From Vezdaea acicularis (lineage: Eukaryota), in NCBI GenBank assembly GCA_026025075.1, contig JAPEUI010000016.1, positions 124,001 through 188,000 on the forward strand: DNA of 64,000 nt, given 5' to 3'. A program made the translations under genes and the position numbers. Within the stretch, counting starts at the first letter, position 1. The number at the start of each line of letters is the position of its first letter. Below the pieces are notes generated by a model. That model made no database searches. It saw only the letters and a list, made by a program, of their open reading frames with translations, and was not told the DNA's origin. This document shows positions 36,652 to 49,610 of the stretch, piece by piece.

Positions 36652-37787
36652 ATGCCTGGCCTTCCCGGTATGTGTCTACTGCACGTATACAAACTATGGC
36701 AAAGCTGACATGGCCAAATCCAAGCGTCTGTGGACTTAGACGAGTGCATCGAACGGCTATACAAAAAAGAACTTCTCGCGGACTCAGTCATTGAGGCGAT
36801 TTGCGCTAAGACAAAAGAGCTGCTCATGAAGGAGAGTAATGTCGTACAAATCGCTGCGCCGGTAACAGTTGTTGGAGACATCCATGGTCAATTCTTCGAC
36901 CTCATAGAGATCTTCAGGATTGGCGGACACTGTCCAGACACAAATTATCTCTTTCTTGGTATTTCTACGCCGACCTCTTCTATGCGTTGCATGCACCGAA
37001 GCTGACATAAGAAAGGCGATTATGTGGACCGAGGACTGTTCAGTGTTGAAACGATTTCCCTTCTTGTTTGTTTGAAGTTACGATACCCACACAGAGTCCA
37101 TCTAATAAGGGGCAACCACGAGTCGCGCGGAGTTACACAGTCATATGGCTTTTATACCGAGTGCTCAAGAAAGTACGGAAATGCAAATGTTTGGCATTAC
37201 TTTACGGATATGTTTGATTTCCTGACCTTGAGTGTTGTCATCAATAATCAAATATTCTGCGTTCATGGCGGTAGGTCCTTCGACGAACATGTGCTGCAAG
37301 TAGCGTCCACTAATCCTCTCTAGGTCTCTCTCCTTCTATACACTCGATAGATCAAATCAAAATCATCGACCGCTTTCGTGAGATACCTCACGAAGGCCCC
37401 ATGGCCGACCTAGTATGGTCAGACCCCGACCCTGAGCGTGACGAGTTCTCGCTATCGCCGAGGGGCGCCGGATACACTTTCGGCGCGCAAGTGGTGCGCA
37501 AGTTCCTTGAAGTCAATGGCATGTCGCACATTCTCCGTGCGCATCAATTATGCCAAGAGGGTTATCAGGTGCTCTATGAAGATCAGCTGAGCACGGTATG
37601 GAGCGCGCCAAATTACTGCTATCGATGTGGTAATATGGCAAGCGTGCTGGAGGTAAGCGATTCGGGAGAAAGGTTCTTCAACGTCTTTGAAGCGGCGCCC
37701 GAGAACGATATACATCGGGCGCAACAACAACAGCAGGAGAAGGAAGGAGGCCAGCAGCCGGGAGTTGTAGTCGAGTACTTTTTGTAG
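36652..37787 (+). CDS. PPG1: PP2A-like Ser/Thr protein phosphatase Ppg1
   Basis: [29 protein letters not shown] and C-terminal VVEYFL. The Ppg1-type assignment rests on [20 protein letters not shown]. Confidence 0.9.
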
Positions 37788-38145
37788 AAATGGTCTGAGA
37801 TACCCGGAGTTCGGAAGAGCGAACTAGGATCGGTTTAGCATTACACGGATTCAATTGCATTCGGGACTCGATTATGTGACGAAGATCTGTAGTTTCGTGA
37901 ACTAATTCTGCTCCTGTTACATAACAGTGTAACGTGTCATTTTCCTCACATGGCGCACTGAATTATAGCATAATTGAATATATAGTAGGAGATTTGGACA
38001 TAGGCATGGCATCGATCTTATTCAAATTGTCGTAGGCTTCGCATCGAAGCTGTAACTAGCCAAGGGGCCTTTCGAGTACTAGACCAATGCCAGGGACCAC
38101 CAATGAGGGGATTAATGGCCCTCATGTACTTGGATTGGTGCTTAG

Positions 38146-39410
38146 TCATTCATCGTCCCATTTCTTAACGATCTCGAATTTCCACTCGTACGCGAGATAT
38201 GTGATCTTATCGTCATCGGTGAATTTCGAAGCAGCGTCGTATAGGCCTCGCGCAAGCATCCCTGAAGGGGCTTCTTCTGGGGCCACTGTTGACGCTTGGT
38301 GTAAGCACTGGGGCTAGGATTCGGAAGATGAGGAAGACTTACATTTTGCCTCATGGTGGGGCCTGACCGTGCTGTTGGGGGGATATGAGCCCTTTCAAAT
38401 CTGTCAATTGACAAGGAAACAGTTAGGCAAAACAGGCACCCTTACGAGCATTTCCTGAGTTTTTGCTACTCTAATCCCCTTTCGTTTGACCACCTGAATA
38501 TACTTCATGCCACTCAACAGCTCTCGCTGGACACGGAATTTGACTTTCATGCGGAAGGTAACACCTTCTTTGATTTTAAAGGTGTTTTCTTTAAGGATCT
38601 TGGCGACATCGCCTTTGCTGACATCCACAACAATGTCGGGGCGCCCTTCTGTTTCGAGGGATAGGGAGAGGATGATAACGTTACGTGGATCGTTCGGGTC
38701 TGCGATTGATTCGCCACTATCGAGTCCAAGAGATTTTTTCCAACGGCGTAGTGCTTCATCGTCCTGATCTTGAATAGGGATGTCAGCAAGTATTGATCCA
38801 AACAGGAGATTGTGGAGAAGAGTCCTGATGGAGACTTGGGATCATTCGAGCCCTCGATTATTGGTAATCAGAACTACGTTCCCAATATCCTTGAGTTTGG
38901 TAAGAGAATGAGGCAAGCTCTTCCATGGATAACAATAAAGAGGGTACGAAAATAAGACGTAAGACGCTGATCACAAAGAAGCCTAAGAAGTAAATGAAAA
39001 CAATTATCTGCCAAAGAAGGATTCTTATTAGAGTCGGAAAACACAAAGCTGGATGAAGTTGCACAATTCGCTCCTAGCTACGTGAACTTTCGTTCATATA
39101 CCCATGGTCTAAACCTTTAAGGCTTGAACTTTGAATCCACAAGCCGTGCGGTTTTTTGGATGCAACGTTGATCAGACAAAACAAATGTGCACTTTTAAGA
39201 CAAAAGGAGAAATAGAGACGTGTGACACATTCTTGAGCGTGCAAGAAGCACCGAATGAACCTCGTACTCTGGGAAAGACAAGGAAAAAGCGATCCTGTCG
39301 CTGATGAACTACTTACCTAGTTGAGTGAGCTCAGCCATCGTCTTCTTCTCCCCCACCTTGAAACCCTCCGTTTGCTCCGGCGCCAACTCGTCCTCCACTT
39401 TGCTTGCCAT
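38146..39410 (-). CDS. RDI1: Rho GDP-dissociation inhibitor; unusually long intron 1 (39316-38769)
   Basis: [61 protein letters not shown] and WKFEIVKKW motifs. Confidence 0.93.
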
Positions 39411-40582
39411 GTTCAATATGTGAAGCTATTTGATTTCAAAGAAGACTGCTTATGGGCGTTTTTCTATTTGTACATCTTCTTAAGCATGCCCTTACCAACC
39501 GAGACGGACAATTATCAAACCCCACTTTCACGTGATAAACCCCGCGTTGTGAAAGTGAACTATTTTGACTGTTTCAATGCTGTTCGACTGTTTGATATTG
39601 ATTGGTTGGAGATACTTCAGACACCTCCGAGGTCCCATTGAAGCTGAAGGGAGCAAATAAAGGTGTTTTGGGGTCTCGGAGATGAGGGCATGAATTCTAC
39701 GTGTCATACGGGACTATGTAGCGCGTGAGCAGTTTCGGAATTATGAATATCTCCATTTAGACGCAAATTCGGACATGGAAAAAAAACTCCTAAATCAGCT
39801 AACGCATCTTCAGCTACGGATTGAATTTAGAGCTAAAATTTGGACGCAAGAGAGTGCTTGCTACGATCCAATACAGAGCTGTTTATTCAGACGCGCTTGC
39901 CAAGCGAGCAGTCGGTGCCCCTTCTACGGCCTCCTCTCGGCGCCCCAAGGTTGTCCGAATTTAGTTGCGTTATAGCACTGGGGCGTCATTGCCGTAGAAC
40001 CCATAGAACTGCTTGTGCAATTATCACTTTGCTATCCGCATCCACACCGAGATGGATCTCGTCCGTGAGGTGCAATAGCGGCCCGGTCTGGATAGGCCGG
40101 CTAGGGCACAGTAGCGCGATCGCTAAGTCGTAAACGATGCCGCGAGGCTGGGGGCACGAGGGCCGGCCAGAACGGGAGATGGAAATTTCCATGGGCGCAA
40201 GAGCGAGGGCCACCCCAGCCCTCCGACTTTTGCGCTAGACACAGAAGAGCAGCGCCAACGCCCCCGAATCGAATGACCCTGACAACTCACTTTGCTTCTC
40301 TGCCCTTTTCGCATTCCTATACAACGTGCACACGCCGCCATAAGCGTCAGGCCACTCTTGCATGAACGCAATCGCTTCTCACCTGCACCTCTAAGTCTTT
40401 ATCTTGCGACGACGCGACTACTAACTTCCTCTTTCTGACTCGATAAAGCTGTGGCGGCCTGTCTTCACTTTCTTCGCGCTCACCCGAGCTTTGCGCCCAA
40501 TCGAGTCGACATCCAGACAAAATCGGGACACCGTCACGCGCAAACCTAAACTCAACTCCGAAGCACCGAACACATCTCCACA

Positions 40583-41976
40583 ATGGTCCAAAAGCGCTCG
40601 TTGCCCAAGCGCTTCAACCCTTTGCTCTCTGATGCGCCACCCAGTAAGCTTTATCCTTTAGATAGAAGTCGATAGCTTTCGATTTCGTTGCCTAACGACA
40701 TTATGCAGTTGCGGAGCTTATCGACAGACGACGATTGGGACAAACCAATCTTGCTGTGAAGCCGGGACAGATAAACACATCTAATGCGACAAAGCCGGAG
40801 AACCTCGGAATTTTCGATTACGCGCATCTTAGAGCGCCGTTACCGAAAGATCTGACCGGGTCGGGAATATTCCATGGTCCTCTCCCTGCGCCGGAATCCT
40901 ACTTTCTGATGGTAACTGAGCTCTGGATACGAACCTCTGCTTATGAAGCTAACTATACTGCAGAGGAGGAGTAATGACGGGTTCATTAGCGCAACGGGAA
41001 TGTTCAAGGCGTCATTCCCTTGGGCGAGCGTTAAGGAAGAAGAAGCAGAGCGTAAATATATTAAAGGCCTCAGCACGACAAGTTTGGACGAAACGGCTGG
41101 AAATGTGTGGATTCCACCCATACACGGTATATTTATACGCAGCCCAATAAGTAGCCTTGACTAAATTTATCTTCAGCCCTTCAACTTGCAGACGAGTACA
41201 AGATAGGAATCTGGATACAAGCGCTCCTTTCCCCTAACCCAATTTCCAAGGGTACTGGAGATCCCAAAAAGTCGATTTCACCGCCCCCTAAGTTCAACCT
41301 GTCAGCGCATGCTGCACTTCTGTCACCCCCCGATGCAACGACAACTCCGAGCCGAGGTAAAGGCAGGGGCCGGTCTGCCTCTCCAAGTAAAACTGGCTCA
41401 CCAGCAAAGAAATTAGCAACGCCACGGAAGCCGCGCATCTCAAAGGCAGCAAATGTAGCAAATGCAAATGCTGCAAGCGCAACTCTCCAAGCCGCACTAG
41501 ATAGTGCCGCCTCCGTAGCCGACTCGGAGGCGTCAACAGACGTTGAGAAAGTGAAAGTTAACGTTCATTCACGAACGGAAGTCAACGGCGATATTGAGAC
41601 TAAGCATACTGATGTCCAAGTAGAGATGCCGGCCAGCGCACCTTCCTTTCCGAAGCCAGAAAGTGCCCAAGAGATGATTGCGCAGGCGAAACAAATGGTC
41701 GCTGAGGCTCACAAGCAGGACGGCAAAGGGTCAAGAAAATCAAAACGGAAAGCTGATGAAATAGAAGATGCTGAAGATAAGGAGGACAGTAAGCAGAAGG
41801 TCAAGAAAGCTAAGGTTCTTGAGCAGACACTGAAGAAGGAGCGTGTAAAGACAAGAGCTTTGATTGGCCTTAGCGCGTCTCTAGTCATTGGGTGAGTGCT
41901 TCCCCATCTCCTATGATACCTTGCCTGCATAGCATCATCTAACGAGCGTAGCGCCATCATCCCGTATGTGCTCTAG
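40583..41976 (+). CDS. BQT4: APSES/KilA-N domain tail-anchored inner nuclear membrane protein (Bqt4-like)
   Basis: [32 protein letters not shown] and [10 protein letters not shown]-terminal [22 protein letters not shown]. Confidence 0.85.
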
Positions 41977-42640
41977 ACGACGTGAATCTCTACTGAGAGT
42001 TTTCTGGTTATCACCGAGACGCAAGCCGTTCTTGCTGGGCGATTACTTCACAGCATGGAATTATCGACCTTTACGAGGGTGTTACCTCGTTTTTTTAGCT
42101 ACAGCGGATATTTCGGCGTCCGTTATAATTATCGTGTCGTTCGTTGTTTCACGAGGAGGGGCTTGGCTTAGTTCCTTGTGTGATTTCGCTTTGCTCATGA
42201 TTTGATGTTGGGGGTCTTTCGCTTTGATCGCGATCAGTTGTACACTGGATCCCTGGATATGGGAATCAGTCTGGCACGGTGTAGAAATCACCTTCTTGTA
42301 AAAAGAGTTACAGAACTCAGTGGTAGAATGGAGTCATGATGGTCAAAGTAAATCAATAAGGGCGTGCTTTCATCTGGGTCTTCCCAACCTTCAAGGGTAC
42401 AACATGCTCCTGTGTTATAGTGCTCAAATTGAACACGAGGTCCCCTACGTTGTGAGACTTTATGCTCTAAGGCGCTGAGCTTGCCCGGCGAAACCATTTT
42501 TATCTACTGAACTGAGCTATCGGAGCCTCGACCGTGGCTAGATGCGTTCATAAAGCTGCTGCTCTCTGTCCACTAGAGCACAATTTTTATGCACGAGGGG
42601 GCTGTTATGAAGCCCTCGCCTCAGACTTCTGAAACCTCCA

Positions 42641-44127
42641 ATGTCTATCCTTCCAGGACTTCAGCTGTCTGCACCAACCGAAGTCTCTAGGCCTACGGTC
42701 CATGATCTCCAGAAAGGGTCTGAGTGGCGCTTTGAGGTTGGCTTCAGCAACAATGTCAACGTAAAGGTGCAACGCAAATTCCCACTTTCGCGCCTCGCGT
42801 AGACTTCATGCTAATATCACGCAGGTACTCTCTGGTAATGCTGAGCTTTTCGGTACTGAGCTTGCTCCGAATCATACGTACACATTTACCGGAACGAAAG
42901 CCGCAATATATACTTGGCATGGCTGCCGAATCGAGGTTACTGGCGAGTGCCAGGTCGAGTATACGGCGGAAGAGACGCCAATGGTAAGCTATGCAAATGC
43001 GCATTTCGCTCTAGAGAACATGCGACAGCAGGCCGCGATGAACGATAAAGAAGGACCTAGGGTAATGGTTGTGGGTCCAGAGAACGCAGGAAAGACAAGC
43101 CTTGTCAAAGTGCTTACAGGCTACGCGACTAAATCTGGTAGGCAGCCGATCGTCGTTAACCTGGATCCTAGAGAGGGAATGCTTTCGATTCCTGGCAGTC
43201 TCTCTGCGAGCACGTTTTCGTCTATAATAGATGTCGAGGAGGGCTGGGGAAGTAGTCCAGTGTCAGGTCCCTCTCCAATACCGGTCAAGCTTCCACTAGT
43301 TTATTACTATGGACTTCCTTCGCCAGAAGACGACCCAGATCTGTACAAACCAATTGTTAGTCGTATGGCACTTGCAGTTGCGGGCAGGCTTGGAGAAGAC
43401 CAGGAAATCATGGAGTCTGGCTGCATCATTGATACGCCAGGAGTAATCAGCCAAGGAAAGCAATCCTATGATCTGATACAGCATATTGTTTCAGAATTCT
43501 CTGGTGTGTAGCTCTTGTCAAAGCTGGATGACTTCCAATTCATTCTGATTATTCTCAGTAAATGTAATCCTAGTTCTTGGATCGGAACGCCTTTACAGTG
43601 ATTTGAATCGGCGTTTCGACAAACAAAGAACAAGCGCGAACGACCTCATCTCCGTCGTCAAACTTGCGAAGTCAGGGGGCTGCGTGGACCGGGATGATAC
43701 TTTCATGGCGCAAGCTCGTCATGCTCAGATTCGGGAGTATTTCTTTGGAGATGTTCGACGAACCTTAAGCCCCCATACTCAACAAGTCGACTACCATCAT
43801 ATGTTCGTATTCAAAATATTCAGACCCGACGCTACGCTCAATTCCTTGCTCCCTGGCGGCTCCGATGATGAGCCCAAAGTCCATCAGATATTTGAGGAGA
43901 TGCAGGCGACACCTGATATGCAGCATGCTATTCTTGCGATCATGCATGCCGACATAAACGACTCACAGGAGAATATAAGGGACTCGACGGTCCTGGGCTT
44001 TGTGTATGTAGCAGATGTCGATGAGAACTGGAAGAAAGCACGGATACTGGCACCTGTAACAGGGAAATTGCCCGCGAATGCTTTGATTTGGGGAACCTGG
44101 CCGGAAGCAGTGCCAAGCTTAGTTTGA
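42641..44127 (+). CDS. CLP1: mRNA cleavage and polyadenylation factor / polynucleotide kinase Clp1
   Basis: EWRFEV, GNAELFGTELA, KAAIYTWHGC, P-loop GPENAGKTS, GCIIDTPG, LGSERLYS and KSGGCVDRD motifs. Confidence 0.95.
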
Positions 44128-44228
44128 TAGACTAAACGCTATTCGACCTCGCATATGAAACAGAATAATGTTACAAAATATAGGTACAGGCCTTGTCTGA
44201 CATCACCATATACAACCAAAGAGAGCTT

Positions 44229-45284
44229 TCAGCTACTGACTAGCTCTTCTAGTATCTTAACAATAGACCTGACGCCTTGCAGAGCATTCTCATCGCTTCC
44301 CTGCCCTGGAGTCCAGCTCGCATGAGCAAAGTCGATCAACTTCATGTCAAGTATTTTCAATCTCTCGGGCTCGTCCTCATCATCTTCATGGTCAAGATCT
44401 TCTGGTACAGCAGCTTCGAGCGTTTTCTCCTCCTCTAATGCTATGACCAGTGCGCTGCCATCGCCTTCATAAACCATAAGAATGCTTGCTCCATACATTC
44501 TGCTCTCTTCCCTTTCTAGTACGGCCTGGATATTCTTGACTTCCCTGAGAAATCTACGTGCAAGAATCATCCCCAGGTCTCGTGACACCCCGGCACGCTC
44601 TACGAAAAGGAATTCTTTAAATGCTGAACTGACATCTTGATCACTGAAATTTCTGCCATAGAACTTGCCAAATTTTTTGTAGCCATTAGTGTCTACAGTG
44701 CTATCCTCCAAACTGGCTTGTGGTCCTAACCAAAGTAACATGCCTGCGACTCGAAAGCCTAGACTTGAGCTTGTTGATTCTGCAGCGACTTTGTCCAAGC
44801 GAGCTCTCTTCTCTGGCGGAGCCTTGTCGTCCCAAAGCTGAGCCCCCAGCTTGAGATCAAGCACATTTGGCTTTTTGAACCCATCCACAATATTCTCCAG
44901 CACTAAACTCACATCGGTCTCCAGTTTCTTGCCATGAGCTGCAGGAACACTGTCCGGCGCTGGTGCAACAACTACTTCTGGCGTTGATGTAGCCGGAGCG
45001 CTGAGTTGCTGACCGGAGAGTGTAAGCGTGCCCATAAACTCTGGCATGATCGCTGCGAAATCTGGATGCTCAGTACGGGCAGATTCGTAGAACGAGATCT
45101 CTGCACTGGTGCATGGCTTGATGACCAGAGCCCCGCTAGCATCGGAAAGCACACCCTCACTATCAATGTGTCAACAGACACCGTTAAAATCGAAAAACAA
45201 GAGGCGGAACACTCACTGGCCTGCTACAGCATGCTTGAACGTAACAAGATCCATTTTGTTCGGAAGCGCAGGTGGTGTAGCCAT
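44229..45284 (-). CDS. IPK2: Inositol polyphosphate multikinase (Ipk2/Arg82), 1 intron
   Basis: HAVAGH|DGVL, KPNVLDLKLG, LGFRVAGM, SILMVYEGD and KLIDFAHA motifs. Confidence 0.92.
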
Positions 45285-45692
45285 CTTTCTTGACGAGAAC
45301 ACCTGTGAGGTGCTCACGTCAGAAAATGATGGTGCTCTATAGATGCCATGGTCAGCCTTCACTAACTTGCAGTAGCTGAGGTCGTTTGTGCCGTGATTTC
45401 CTTGGTATGCCGCTTGCCGCATATGATGGAGTGAAGCTCCTTTCGCCAACACTGGTCTTCATACATGTGTTTGGTAGAACTCTCAAACACATTTCTCAAT
45501 TGATTTCAATTACTTTTCTATTTTACTTTTGCACAACTTTGCAACACCAACGGCTTTCTATGCGAATACTAGAATCCAAAGATTCATCTCACAGAGTTCT
45601 CCTGCTTCCTCGAAGTGTTCCATTGGACAATATTATTGCCTACCCCTTCACTTCAATATATCACAAATAGTCTTCTCTCAGATCCGCAAACG

Positions 45693-47579
45693 ATGGAAGT
45701 CCAGCCCATCGAAGACATCGGAAGCCAGTCAACCTCAGATGGACCTATTGGCCTCAGCGCTGAGATACAATCGATGAGTGTTAATGAGGGCACGACCAAA
45801 CCGAAGGGAGCAAAGTATCATGATCCAGATCCGCACCCAGATGCGTACAACCCGTCCCTCGATGGGGAGTGTGGCATCAGTGATGATGAAGACAAAGTAC
45901 CACCCATCTCAGCCGGCCCGTCGAAGAAGAAGAAAAAGAAGCTGCCAAAAAGCCAAAGGGTAAAGTGAATTTCAAAGGGGGAATAAGTCTAGAAGATAAA
46001 CTCTGCTAACTTCAAATAGGGCATGGATAAGCCTACAGGTTTCGAAGGTTTGAGCCTATCAACGTTCTGTAGAACATAGAACATTACTTAGGTTGACTTA
46101 TTCCTCAAGAAAACTATGCCGATGTGCCGTTAACGCAGGCTGAACATCAGGAAGAAACAAAAGAACTCTATCATACGTAAGGATGTCCATCTGAGTTGAT
46201 AGAGTAGGACTAAAGTGCTACAGATCTCGTTCCTTCAGGGAGTATATACCCATTCTGAAAGACTATCTCGTAAATCGAAGAGAGCTAACCCCTTTGTAAG
46301 GCGTATTGAGATATGCATCCAACGGTACCGGGGAAGACGCAAGTTTCACTCGGAGAAAGCGGATATCTTCAATTCATACCTTACGCTTGGGGGCGTTGAG
46401 AATGGTCCGAGGATGTTCTCAGGCGGCCTAGACATGGGGTCGCTTTCCGAGCTGGACGCCGAACAGATCGCCGATATCACGGCTATTGACTCAACCGACA
46501 GAATTAAGAATGAGCCTGAAGCTTGGGTTGTTGACTGGGAGGGTGTCGTTTCAGGGTTCCTGTAAGTCGATTACTGCCGTGGGCCAGAACTGGAATTATC
46601 CCGGAGCTTCTCTGCCAATGGGCACTATCGCACTGATCATGAAGCAAAGATACTGATACTTCTACACTCCAGGTCAGAGACTGCATACGGCCGATGGGAT
46701 TTGTCCATACCAGGCAAATATCTCGAGATCACCTCCGTAGTCCGAAACTTCCTGAATTACGTTCTCTACCACGACGTCTGCCCCGAATACAAGACAGAAG
46801 TCGAAGCTGCACGTGCGATCTGTGACCTTGCTGAGACCGAACATGCGAAAATTAGTAAGGTGATTCGTCTTTCCCCTGGGAAGTTCAATCTTGCATGCTC
46901 GGCTCTATACGGCGGCCATTACGAGAACATTTTTGACTGGCATGGCACTTGGAAGTCTGACCACACCGGCGAAATCGGCATGGATCCTGACGTTGCCGAG
47001 AAGCACTTCAATGCCGGCGTGGCAGCTTACGGGACAGATGAGCAATTCGTCGCGACACAGGACAAGCGCATCAAATACACCGAAAGGCGTGAGATCTATT
47101 TCGAGGTCACAGAAATCATTCCCCCGTCCCAGGAGGCCCGCGACTTCTACAACCAGCTCACTGATGATTTTCAACCACTCGGGAAGATCGTAGGACGAGC
47201 CTGGAGGCCCCCCTACTTGCAGCCGGAAGATCTCACAGCCGAGGAGAAAGCGGATCTAGCAAAGAAGAAGGTGGAGCAATTCGAGTTCTATATGGAAGAG
47301 GACGTCCTCGATCATTGCTCGACCGGCATGAAAATCGGAGCCAGTATGGCCAGTCTCGATTGCGGTATCCATTGGATTGACTGTGTTAGCGCCTGCTATC
47401 CTAGCTTTTACACCTATCTCCCTAGCGAGCGGATGTCCGGTTGGCGCGAGCCGGCTCCTAAAGTTCGTGATGACAATAAAGGCCTTTCCGCTGAAATTGC
47501 CGCGAAGGACTGGAAGGATAGAGAGGAAGGGACAATGCACGATGATTTGGACTGTGAAGGCAAGGAATATGAGTTTTAG
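45693..47579 (+). CDS. ARB1: Argonaute siRNA chaperone complex subunit Arb1 (multi-exon)
   Basis: KPTGFEE..AD.PLT..E, RIEICIQRYRGRRKF, IFNSYL.LGGV..GPRMFSG, VDWEGVVSGFL, VRNFLNYVLYHDVCPEY and YPSFYTYLP motifs. Confidence 0.85.
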
Positions 47580-47743
47580 CCTTCAGGTCGTCCAAGTTGG
47601 CAAGCTAGATTGATCGAAGGTATTTAAAATCAGCAGATGGCGCCTCTCGATTGATCGGCTGTGGATGTTATGAGCATATAGAGACTTCAGCTGATTCAAG
47701 AGAGTCTTAAACCTCCCCGCCAGGACCCCCAAATCACCAGATG

Positions 47744-49039
47744 CTATTCGCACCTGAGTAATAACTTTCCCATAGTCTTCCTGCTTTCGAGATCCTGAGG
47801 GAAACATAAGCATTTTCGCCATTACCCTTCTACTTGGAGAACCTACTGTGTGCGCCTGCACGGCATCCTTTAGAGGATAGATCTTGTGAATTTTAACCTG
47901 TATGCCATCGTCCACTATGAACTTGAAAAGTTCTGTGCAGTAGTGCACGAACTCCTCTCTAGTACTGACGTAATTATTGACCACAGGGCGCGTAAGCTTG
48001 ATGTTTTTCTGCCCTAGCCTCCTATTGACCATTAGTAAAGGCTCACTTGCATCTAAACCCTCCAACCCCCGTCTTTAGATCACGGAGCCCACTCACAGCA
48101 AAGCTACCGGTTCTGCCACACCACTCGCGTTCCCAAAACTAACCATACTCCCTTTCCGCCTCAGACAACCCATGCTGATATCGAATGTACTCTTCCCCAC
48201 CCCATCAAACACCACATGCACCCCCTCATCCCCGGTAATGCTCTTCACTCTATCCCCTATATCCTCCTTAGGCCCCACAACCCACTCCGCCCCCGCGCTC
48301 CGCGCAATCTCCAATTTTTCGAGCGTACTTGCCGTCCCGATAACTCTCGCGCCAACAGCTCGGAGCAGCTGACACAGCCATAGCCCCACTCCCCCAGCTG
48401 CCGCGTGCACAAGCGCCCACTCGCCTTCCTTGACGGGGTGCGCCTCGCGGATGAGCGTCAACGCGGTAAGGCCTTGCAGGAGCGAGGCGGCCGCTGTACT
48501 ACTCTCGACGCCGTCGGAAATCTTAAAGACGCGCAAGGAGGGCGTAGCCGTGTACTCGGAATATGTTGCGTTAGAGTCATGCATGTAGACGACGCGGTCA
48601 CCGATGCGGAAGTTATATGGATTGGAGGAGCCAAGGGTCACTATTTTCCCCGCAGCTTCGCGACCAAGGATCGCAGGGAGTGAAGTTTTGTATGTGCCAT
48701 CACGGAAGTAGCTGGGATCTCCAGTTAGTGACGGGGCGATATAGGGGAGTATTTGAGGGAGGGAAGGTACGTGTCTATATAATTGACGCCAGCGAACTCA
48801 TTCTCTACGAGGATCTCATCGTCTTTGGGGACTGGGATAGGGAGATCGGTGCGGTATTCTAGGACTTCGGGACTACCAAGTTTGGATATGAGGATGCCAT
48901 GCATCAGCTTAGGAATTGGCGGCATTTTGAGAACCTTTGAGCTGGAGAAGCGGGGCAAGGAAAATAAGGGCGCGAAACTTGAAGATGGTACAGACCAGGC
49001 CAGCTGCTTTGCAGGTCGAGCAAGGGGAGCTATCCGCAT
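47744..49039 (-). CDS. ZTA1: NADPH:quinone oxidoreductase (zeta-crystallin/Zta1-like MDR) with a putative mitochondrial presequence; several introns
   Basis: AGVNYIDTY, AASLLQGLTALTL, LVHAAAGGVG, VFDGVGKSTF, VSFGNASG and DLESRKTMGKLLL motifs. Confidence 0.9.
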
Positions 49040-49610
49040 GCCATTGGGTCTCGGGAGATGATCCTAGGTACCTGATGCTGTTGATAGATTCTTTCAAAGA
49101 AATCCTAACGTCGATGTACCCCTCCATCGTAACTGCGTCACTGGGCATCGGAGGGGTGGCATGCTGTGTCGTGGCAACACCAAGTAATCCAATTCTTCCA
49201 AAATATTGTATCATTGCTTGGTTCAACCCATGGATTTAGAAAGCATGGCTTTTCTTGTATAATATTTCTGCACGATTAGGGGTACTTGGAGAAGCGGGAA
49301 CCCGCCCTGTAGCCTGCATGAGTCTGCCGCGCCTTGCCAAGGTAGCTCGAAACCAGCGGCCGGATACAGCTGATCATCTCAGTCAACCCTAAGCAAGGAT
49401 GCTCTACAGATACGTAAAAGCTGGGCTTTTATGTTTAGAAAGTGTAAAATTCATACACTTATGACCTACATGGATCAATGCCACAAGGTTTGCGTGGGAC
49501 AATCGAGCTACATGAACGACCTTCGACGTTTTGACGCACGCACAACCATGGTAAAGGCTAAAACCTACGCGCAGCCGTACTGACCGTCTCCTGTCAAATC
49601 GATCATAATA

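Noticed and set aside
39290..39330. Hammerhead ribozyme at CTGATGA (39301)
   Set aside because: No GAAA after a stem II and no stems I/III; the site overlaps a splice donor on the other strand.
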